Shown here one piece after another: positions 48,049-53,322 of a stretch of 64,000 nucleotides of DNA. The first letter of the stretch is position 1. Each line of letters opens with the position of its first letter. A model generated the notes under the pieces. It was not told the DNA's origin and ran no database searches. It worked only from the letters and a program-made list of their open reading frames with translations. The position numbers and the translations under genes were made by a program. The DNA lies in the sequence record NC_019410.1, one strand, 5' to 3'.

Positions 48049-48122
48049 GCGGATATAGCTCAAAGGGAGAGCTACTGCCTTCCAAGCAGAAGATGCGGGT
48101 TCGAGCCCCGCTATCCGCTCCA
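48049..48122 (+). tRNA. tRNA-Gly (TCC)
   Basis: Cloverleaf, encoded CCA. Confidence 0.9.
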
Positions 48123-48143
48123 AAATTTTCTTCCACGACAAGC

Positions 48144-48172
48144 TTGACAGCCGCCGAGATTTGTGAGAGCCT
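48144..48172 (+). promoter_or_regulatory. Promoter TTGACA-N17-GAGCCT for Glu/Asp tRNA unit
   Basis: Same TTGACA-N11-TTGTGAGAGCCT layout as 48941. Confidence 0.65.
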
Positions 48173-48181
48173 TCAACCATT

Positions 48182-48244
48182 ATGACGCACCTCCTGACCC
48201 GTTACGAACGCGAGGCCACCGGCCTCGATACCACCACCGCCTAA
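48182..48244 (+). CDS. Near-leaderless 20-aa leader peptide MTHLLTRYEREATGLDTTTA
   Basis: ATG at predicted transcription start; overlaps hairpin plus U-tract before tRNA-Glu. Confidence 0.5.
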   Translation: MTHLLTRYEREATGLDTTTA

Positions 48245-48278
48245 AAGCGGTTCTGGTAACCGAGGCCTTTTGTCATGT

Positions 48279-48356
48279 GGCCCGGTCGTCTAGCGGTTTG
48301 CAGGATTCGTGACTTTCAATCACGAGAGCGGAGTTCGAGTCTCCGTCGGGCCTCCA
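48279..48356 (+). tRNA. tRNA-Glu (TTC)
   Basis: Cloverleaf, encoded CCA. Confidence 0.9.
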
Positions 48357-48379
48357 CCCCCAAAGCCTCCTCTGAGCTT

Positions 48380-48454
48380 GGTGCGTTCGTATATCGGTCA
48401 ATACTCCGGATTGTCGATCCGGCAAGAGGGGTTCGATTCCCCTACGCACCGCCA
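48380..48454 (+). tRNA. tRNA-Asp (GTC)
   Basis: Cloverleaf, G73 CCA. Confidence 0.9.
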
Positions 48455-48465
48455 GGGCTTTCCCA

Positions 48466-48624
48466 ATGCCGCTTCAGTCGGGTTCGAGCGACGCCGTCGT
48501 CTCGCACAACATCGCCAAGCTGATCGACGAGGGCTACTCCAGGGAGCAGGCCGTTGCGATCGCTCTCTCCCAGGCGCGCAAGCCGCGCCGTCCGAAGGTC
48601 TCGCGCGGCTCGCGCCGGCGCTGA
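48466..48624 (+). CDS. 52-aa conserved small phage protein ([21 protein letters not shown])
   Basis: Recognisable small-protein motif; not in ORF track. Confidence 0.7.
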   Translation: MPLQSGSSDAVVSHNIAKLIDEGYSREQAVAIALSQARKPRRPKVSRGSRRR

Positions 48625-48695
48625 CCTCGCCTCGCTAAAGCACCCCCAGGTTCCCGGCCTCGTCGTGAGGTCGCCTGCGGTCGCGCGAGGCTTCT

Positions 48696-48920
48696 ATGAC
48701 CTTTCTTGATCTTCGTTCGCAGTCGAGCACCGCGCTCCTGCGCCATGTGTCTTCCCGATCCCCGATGGCGGAAGCGGCTCGCACCGAGTTGCTGACCCGA
48801 GGCCTCGTCCCGCTCCTCACGCGACACAACGGCTGGCGCCTCGCCCCGAGCGAGCCCTTTCCGCAGCATCTCATCCCGCGCCCCGATCCGCTCGCGAGGT
48901 TCACGTGGCGGGCGGGATGA
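48696..48920 (+). CDS. Hypothetical protein (74 aa)
   Basis: GAGG SD. Confidence 0.5.
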   Translation: MTFLDLRSQSSTALLRHVSSRSPMAEAARTELLTRGLVPLLTRHNGWRLAPSEPFPQHLIPRPDPLARFTWRAG

Positions 48921-48940
48921 AGATTTTTCTCATGACGTGC

Positions 48941-48969
48941 TTGACATCCGTCTAAAGTTGTGAGAGCCT
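48941..48969 (+). promoter_or_regulatory. Promoter TTGACA-N17-GAGCCT for Pro-Ser tRNA unit
   Basis: Duplicate layout of 48144 promoter. Confidence 0.65.
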
Positions 48970-49064
48970 GTCCAACGTCACGGATCACGACACTCCTCGG
49001 AGTGCAAAAGCGCGATCCTTCGTTATTCCCAGGGCCGTCAGCGGGCGGCCGTTCGAGAGCCATC

Positions 49065-49202
49065 ATGTTCGCCTTGTCGCATAACAGCCTGAGCACGAAA
49101 GCCGCCTCCCCGGCGACGCTTTCGCTTGCGCTGCCGGCGACGGCCACGAAGCCCTCGACCAAGCCGACCACCTCGGCCTCGCACTCGACGGATCACCTCT
49201 AG
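49065..49202 (+). CDS. 45-aa leader peptide of Pro/Thr/Lys/Leu/Ala/Ser tRNA operon
   Basis: Residues 8-39 exclusively P/T/K/L/A/S; followed by alternative helices and terminator. Confidence 0.65.
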   Translation: MFALSHNSLSTKAASPATLSLALPATATKPSTKPTTSASHSTDHL

Positions 49203-49267
49203 GGTATCTCGTCTCGGGTGCAGGCCTTGGAGCCGCACCCGCTACCAACATCCTGTTGACCTAGCGC

Positions 49268-49305
49268 AAGGCGGCTCCCAGCAAGGAGACCGCCTTTTCT
49301 TTTTC
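49268..49305 (+). terminator. Attenuator terminator before tRNA-Pro
   Basis: AAGGCGGCTCC...GGAGACCGCCTT plus TTTTCTTTTT. Confidence 0.8.
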
Positions 49306-49316
49306 GCGTTGATCAT

Positions 49317-49392
49317 CGGGGTGTAGCTCAGTCGGTAGAGCGCTCGGTTCGGGACCGAGAGGCCGTGGGTTCGAGTCCCGCCACCCAGACCA
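49317..49392 (+). tRNA. tRNA-Pro (CGG)
   Basis: Cloverleaf, encoded CCA. Confidence 0.9.
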
Positions 49393-49399
49393 ACGCCAT

Positions 49400-49474
49400 C
49401 GGGATGTAGCTCAGCGGTAGAGCGCGCGGCTGGGGGCCGCGAGGCCGCAGGTTCGAGACCTGCCACCCCGACCA
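49400..49474 (+). tRNA. tRNA-Pro (GGG)
   Basis: Cloverleaf, encoded CCA. Confidence 0.9.
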
Positions 49475-49479
49475 ACAAT

Positions 49480-49552
49480 GCTGCTGCGCCTGGATCGGCG
49501 CCGGCCCCTTGGTATGGGGAAGTAGAAGGTTCAATTCCTTCCAGCAGCACCA
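49480..49552 (+). tRNA. tRNA-Thr (GGT)
   Basis: CCCC-TTGGTAT-GGGG arm, G1C2 acceptor; reduced D-arm. Confidence 0.75.
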
Positions 49553-49557
49553 ACAAC

Positions 49558-49627
49558 GCCGATGCCTCTAGGAGGACACGTCTTTCGTAATGACGTCAGG
49601 TGGGTGCGATCCCCACTTTCGGCTCCA
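49558..49627 (+). tRNA. Degenerate tRNA-Thr (CGT), possibly pseudogene
   Basis: CGTC.TTCGTAA.GACG arm, T-loop TGCGATC, weak D-arm, ends CCACCA. Confidence 0.5.
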
Positions 49628-49662
49628 CCAAGATGATCGAGGAGAGATCAGACGAAACAAAT

Positions 49663-49749
49663 GGATGTGTCACCTCAGTGGCGAGAGGACCGGGCTCTTA
49701 ATCCGGCAGCGAAAGCTCATCGTGGGTTCGAGTCCCACCACATCCTCCA
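49663..49749 (+). tRNA. tRNA-Lys (CTT) with long variable arm
   Basis: CCGGG-CTCTTAA-TCCGG; 15-nt V region; U73. Confidence 0.85.
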
Positions 49750-49754
49750 ATAAT

Positions 49755-49844
49755 GCACGAGTGACCCGAGCGGCGAAGGGCGTCGACTTTTAATCGACTG
49801 GGCGTCCAGCCTCACCGAGGGTTCGAGTCCCTCCTCGTGCTCCA
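49755..49844 (+). tRNA. tRNA-Lys (TTT) with long variable arm
   Basis: GTCGA-CTTTTAA-TCGAC; 18-nt V region; U73. Confidence 0.85.
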
Positions 49845-49850
49845 AGATGT

Positions 49851-49936
49851 GCGAAAGTGGCGGAACAAGGTAGACGCACCGGTCTCAGGTACCGGCGGCT
49901 TCGGTCATGAGGGTTCGAGTCCCTCCTTTCGTACCA
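49851..49936 (+). tRNA. tRNA-Leu (CAG)
   Basis: Class II cloverleaf. Confidence 0.9.
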
Positions 49937-49943
49937 ACGACAT

Positions 49944-50028
49944 GCCGGTCTGGCGGAAATGGCAGACGCAGTGGCTTCAAGTCCCACCGCCTTCGGGCGT
50001 CCCGGTTCGATGCCGGGGACCGGCACCA
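49944..50028 (+). tRNA. tRNA-Leu (CAA)
   Basis: Class II cloverleaf. Confidence 0.9.
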
Positions 50029-50034
50029 AAATGA

Positions 50035-50122
50035 TGCGAAGTGGCGGAATTTGGTAGACGCACCGGCATGAGAGGCCGGCGCCCTTCGGGGCGTGAGGGT
50101 TCGAGTCCCTTCTTCGCGACCA
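50035..50122 (+). tRNA. tRNA-Leu (GAG)
   Basis: Class II cloverleaf; A32. Confidence 0.9.
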
Positions 50123-50212
50123 AAGACGAGATTATGCCGGACGGCGCAGGCGCGCGGGGGAGGTTGTGTCCCTCCTTGGCTCCGATCGTTACGGAGGTTC
50201 GGTTCCAGTTAC

Positions 50213-50283
50213 GGGGTATGCGCAGGGCGCAGGCATCCTTTGCAAGGAAGTCGGGGTGGGTTCGAGTCCCACATACTCCACCA
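50213..50283 (+). tRNA. tRNA-Ala (TGC)
   Basis: G3:U70 pair, A73 CCA; short D-arm. Confidence 0.8.
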
Positions 50284-50287
50284 ACAC

Positions 50288-50375
50288 GGTAGGTTGGCTG
50301 AGAGGCCGAAGGCGCCCGTTTCGAAAACGGGAGAACCGCAAGGTTCCGTGGGTTCGAATCCCACACCTACCTCCA
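50288..50375 (+). tRNA. tRNA-Ser (CGA)
   Basis: Class II cloverleaf. Confidence 0.9.
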
Positions 50376-50379
50376 ACAT

Positions 50380-50467
50380 GGATGTATGGCTGAGAGGCCG
50401 AAGGCGCCCGCTTGGAAAGCGGGTGAACCGCAAGGTTCCGTAGGTTCGAATCCTACTGCATCCGCCA
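50380..50467 (+). tRNA. tRNA-Ser (GGA)
   Basis: Class II cloverleaf. Confidence 0.9.
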
Positions 50468-50471
50468 ACAT

Positions 50472-50558
50472 GGTAGGTGGTTCCGGCCTGGGGCCGGACC
50501 CGGTTGCTAACCGGCCGGAGCCGCAAGGCTTGGGGTTCGATTCCTCCTCCTACCGCCA
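50472..50558 (+). tRNA. tRNA-Ser (GCT)
   Basis: Class II cloverleaf. Confidence 0.85.
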
Positions 50559-50598
50559 ACATCTCCCAGGCCTATAGCCTGGGAGGGTTTGGACATAA

Positions 50599-51087
50599 TC
50601 AGGCGTGGTTCGGAAACTCGGCGATCTCAATCCCAGGCGAGGCGCTGACGACCAACCAGTAAGCTCCGGTCCAGCGCAAGACAACCGCAGGCGGATAGGC
50701 CGGGGCCAAGGGGGTGAGCACGGATGCCGGATCGGCTACGATAGAATCGGGCAACGGAACGATCAAGGCTGGACCGGTTTTCGCCGTCGCAGGATCACCA
50801 TAACCGGAAGCGAAGACGGGGGTCTGAACGCCAGCGTCAGCCAATATGCCGAGGATAATAGGCATAGCTAAGGGCGCACTCTGCGGAGCATGTGTCCCAC
50901 GAGAGAATGTGATGAAAAGTTCGTCTCCTACTTCCTTCGCGGCAGTAAGGAATCCATATCTTGCGGCATAGTCGGCTGCTCCGAATTCAGGAGAGACTTG
51001 GCTTACGAGATGGACGCGCTGCTCTCCGTTCGGGTTGACGATTTGAATCGAAGCCTCAATACCTCGGTTCATCGTGATTGCGGTCAT
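50599..51087 (-). CDS. Lower-GC hypothetical protein inserted antisense within tRNA array (162 aa)
   Basis: GGAG SD before ATG on minus strand; A/T-ending codons; hairpin at 50563-50585. Confidence 0.65.
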   Translation of the reverse strand: MTAITMNRGIEASIQIVNPNGEQRVHLVSQVSPEFGAADYAARYGFLTAAKEVGDELFITFSRGTHAPQSAPLAMPIILGILADAGVQTPVFASGYGDPATAKTGPALIVPLPDSIVADPASVLTPLAPAYPPAVVLRWTGAYWLVVSASPGIEIAEFPNHA

Positions 51088-51189
51088 AAGTATCTCCAGC
51101 GGCTGGATGCCGCAGTGCGATGCCTAAAGTCGAGTTTTCGACGTGTCCAGCCCCTTTGAAGTTGACACCCGCGACGCGGCCTGTCATAC

Positions 51190-51410
51190 GTCACGACAGA
51201 GCGAACACCCCCCGGCCGGGTTTGTTGTCATACCGGGTCGTCACGCCCCGTCGGGGCTCTAGTAGCTCTTCGTGTGGAGTTTTCCGCCTCCCTCCCAGAC
51301 AAGGAGGCGGACCCAACCAACATCGCGATCTCCCGTGATCGTCGGCGACGGGCGCCGTCAGAGACCTTTGCCTGCGCGGCTCCGCTGCGGCCCTGGTCTC
51401 GTCCCGACCA
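51190..51410 (+). ncRNA. Candidate structured ncRNA ending in ACCA
   Basis: TTGACA promoter ~51163; no credible ORF; nested helices GTCGG/CCGAC, GACGG/CCGTC, GAGACC/GGTCTC; T-run after. Confidence 0.4.
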
Positions 51411-51429
51411 AATTTTTTCGTCGTGGTGC

Positions 51430-51458
51430 TTGACACTGCGAAACTGTTCTGCTAGGGT
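51430..51458 (+). promoter_or_regulatory. Promoter TTGACA-N17-TAGGGT for Tyr-Arg tRNA unit
   Basis: Canonical spacing. Confidence 0.75.
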
Positions 51459-51465
51459 TCACGTC

Positions 51466-51564
51466 ATGAGCAAGACCTATCGTCAATTTGTGCGCCAGAT
51501 TCAGGTCGTCCGGAATATCCGGGCGGGCCGCTCGCGCATGGCTGACGAAGGGTTCAGGGACTAG
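51466..51564 (+). CDS. Leaderless 32-aa leader peptide MSKTYRQFVRQIQVVRNIRAGRSRMADEGFRD
   Basis: Residues 5-19 exclusively Y/R/Q/F/V/I/N; ATG at predicted +1. Confidence 0.7.
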   Translation: MSKTYRQFVRQIQVVRNIRAGRSRMADEGFRD

Positions 51565-51594
51565 GTCCCACACCACGTTCAACCAGCTTTCGAG

Positions 51595-51633
51595 AGGCCC
51601 GCCTGGAAACCCCAGGCGGGCCTTTTTTCTTTT
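51595..51633 (+). terminator. Attenuator terminator before tRNA-Tyr
   Basis: AGGCCCGCCTGG/CCAGGCGGGCCT 12-bp stem plus TTTTTTCTTTT. Confidence 0.85.
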
Positions 51634-51666
51634 CCACTTTCGATCACGGAGATCGCCAACAGACAC

Positions 51667-51751
51667 GGATGCTTAAAGCTGGAGGGCTCCAGCCGGGGAC
51701 TGTAAATCCCCTCTCTTCGGAGGAGTGGTTCGATCCCACAAGCATCCACCA
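51667..51751 (+). tRNA. tRNA-Tyr (GTA)
   Basis: Class II cloverleaf. Confidence 0.85.
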
Positions 51752-51756
51752 ACCAC

Positions 51757-51832
51757 GGACTCGTAGCTCAGCAGGTAGAGCGCCGGCTTGAAACCCCGGA
51801 GGTCGGAGGTTCGACTCCTCCCGTTTCCACCA
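51757..51832 (+). tRNA. tRNA-Phe (GAA)
   Basis: Cloverleaf, encoded CCA. Confidence 0.85.
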
Positions 51833-51837
51833 ACAAC

Positions 51838-51913
51838 GCCCGATGAGCCAGATGGGAAGGCGCCGCCGTGACATGGCGGGATTGAGAAGGTTCGATTCCT
51901 TCATCAGGCACCA
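51838..51913 (+). tRNA. tRNA-Val (GAC)
   Basis: CCGCC-GTGACAT-GGCGG; G32. Confidence 0.85.
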
Positions 51914-51915
51914 AT

Positions 51916-51991
51916 GCAAGTGTAGCTCAGTTGGTAGAGCAGCGGACCGATAATCCGCCCGTCCCTGGTTCGAGTCCAGGCATTTGCACCA
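51916..51991 (+). tRNA. tRNA-Ile (GAT)
   Basis: Loop CCGATAA (C33). Confidence 0.85.
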
Positions 51992-51998
51992 GTTCTGA

Positions 51999-52073
51999 TG
52001 TGGCATAGCTCAGGGGTAGAGCGCGCGCTTGATAAGCGTGAGGTCGGGGGTTCGAAGCCCTCTGCCACTACCA
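51999..52073 (+). tRNA. tRNA-Ile (GAT)
   Basis: Cloverleaf, encoded CCA. Confidence 0.9.
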
Positions 52074-52106
52074 GTTTCCAGGCCGGCGGAGATGCGCCGA
52101 ACCTGA

Positions 52107-52182
52107 TGGCGTTTAGCATAGTGGGAGTGCAGGGGTGTCACATACCTCGATCGAACTGGTTCGATTCCAGTAACGCCAACCA
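52107..52182 (+). tRNA. tRNA-Val (CAC)
   Basis: Loop GTCACAT. Confidence 0.8.
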
Positions 52183-52187
52183 AATGT

Positions 52188-52261
52188 TGAGGGTTCGTCT
52201 AACGGTAGGACGGCTGGGTCTGGTCCAGCTAATCTAGGTTCGAGTCCTAGCCCCTCATCCA
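52188..52261 (+). tRNA. tRNA-Gln (CTG)
   Basis: GCTGG-GTCTGGT-CCAGC. Confidence 0.85.
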
Positions 52262-52268
52262 AGTTTGT

Positions 52269-52342
52269 TCTCGGGTGGTCTAATGGTAAGACATCTGGTT
52301 TTGGTCCAGAGGATTGGGGTTCGATTCCTTGGCCGAGAACCA
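52269..52342 (+). tRNA. tRNA-Gln (TTG)
   Basis: TCTGG-TTTTGGT-CCAGA. Confidence 0.85.
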
Positions 52343-52357
52343 ACTACTTGAGTTTAT

Positions 52358-52432
52358 TCCAGTCAATGCACAAGGTGTGCAGCGGCACTGTTAATGCCTG
52401 TGAGCCCGGTTCGATTCCGGGGTCTGGAGCCA
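52358..52432 (+). tRNA. tRNA-Asn (GTT)
   Basis: GGCA-CTGTTAA-TGCC, G73 CCA. Confidence 0.85.
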
Positions 52433-52458
52433 ACACGCCGGCCGAGGCCGGCACATGC

Positions 52459-52541
52459 GCCCTGGTAACCGAGGGGGATTACGAATCCCTTAGTCGTAGC
52501 AGGAGTTGAAAAGGGTGGTTCGAATCCACTCCAGGGTGCCA
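52459..52541 (+). tRNA. tRNA-Arg (ACG)-like, D-armless with 23-nt variable region
   Basis: 7-bp acceptor, 8-nt connector, GGGGA-TTACGAA-TCCCT, canonical T-arm, CCA. Confidence 0.65.
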
Positions 52542-52548
52542 AATTCAC

Positions 52549-52631
52549 AGCGCGCAGGCCGAGCAGGATCATCGTCAGGCGTCGCCCTCCGAAGGCGAAG
52601 AGGCCCGGTTCGAGTCCGGGGCGCGCTGCCA
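52549..52631 (+). tRNA. tRNA-Arg (CCG) with enlarged D region
   Basis: TCGCC-CTCCGAA-GGCGA; 26-nt D region. Confidence 0.8.
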
Positions 52632-52634
52632 TCC

Positions 52635-52712
52635 GCGCGGGTAGCTCAATGGACCCAGAGCAGCCGTCTTCTACACGGTGGGTTGGGGGTTCGAATCCCT
52701 CCCCGTGCGCCA
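52635..52712 (+). tRNA. tRNA-Arg (TCT)
   Basis: Cloverleaf, encoded CCA. Confidence 0.9.
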
Positions 52713-52749
52713 AACTTGACAGGCGATGTCGAATCGCCGAGGATCAAAC

Positions 52750-53047
52750 CGTAGGCCTCTTCCCGTGGGCCTGACATATACGTCCGCCAGCACTGCCATT
52801 CCGCGTCAGCGGGCGCGGCGCGAGGAAGGGTTAACCCCTCGTTGTCACGCAGTCGGGTGGTGTGGACGTCCCAACGTGATCTTCGAACGCGGCATGCCGT
52901 GGAGGGGTGATCGGATGGCGAACCAAGGGACACCTTCTTATCCTGGCCTGGGTCGCATGAGGCTCCGCTGGGAGAAACGGCCTGACCCGACCGGAGGTGC
53001 GTTCAGGATGCCGGCTCCCCATGCCAGAGCCTCGTGGACTAGGGTCT
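52750..53047 (+). ncRNA. Candidate ~300-nt structured ncRNA
   Basis: TTGACA-N17-GAGGAT promoter at 52716; long-range complementarities; no credible ORF. Confidence 0.45.
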
Positions 53048-53070
53048 GAAATTTTTCTGGCGCTGATGTG

Positions 53071-53203
53071 TTGACACTCCTCGGAGGCTCGGCTAAAACC
53101 AGCAGCGTCAGAGCGGCGTTGGACCACGAGGTCCGCCGCGAGCTTCTGCGTTGTCGTCAGGAACGGCCCGCCAGCAATCCCGCTGGCGGGTCGTTTCGTT
53201 TTG
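53071..53203 (+). ncRNA. Promoter plus ~95-nt small RNA ending in CAATCCCG-loop hairpin
   Basis: TTGACA-N17-TAAAAC; hairpin GGACC/GGTCC; 11-bp stem 53164-53193 with T-rich tail. Confidence 0.55.
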
Positions 53204-53239
53204 GGCGCAATGCGACGTTCAGTCCAACCATGGGTAGTG

Positions 53240-53277
53240 TCATGAATCTTGACTTTCGGCGCTTATTCCGGTAGCTT
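53240..53277 (+). promoter_or_regulatory. Promoter TCATGAATC-TTGACT-N17-TAGCTT
   Basis: Variant of recurrent motif. Confidence 0.7.
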
Positions 53278-53322
53278 TCCCGACATCAGCAAACGCTCAC
53301 AAGTCGGGGACCGAGAGCCGTC

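Noticed and set aside
48970-49256. Possible tmRNA (start-less frame, 3' ACCA at 49244-49247)
   Set aside because: No GGGGC 5' end, T-arm, G3:U70 or short Ala-rich tag; better explained as the attenuator leader
50130-50210. Possible tRNA-Ala(GGC) remnant
   Set aside because: Shares GCGCAGG with the adjacent Ala D-arm and has TTGGC, but no consistent cloverleaf or CCA could be drawn
51875-51884. GGCGGGATTG in tRNA-Val(GAC), complementary to CAATCCCGCC of the leader hairpins
   Set aside because: A 10-nt GC-rich match is plausible by chance in 64 kb, and half of it is buried in the anticodon stem; not T-box geometry
52750-53047. Group I intron or RNase P assignment
   Set aside because: GAGGAAG and GACTA fragments are present, but the partner conserved elements are missing and no interrupted host gene was seen
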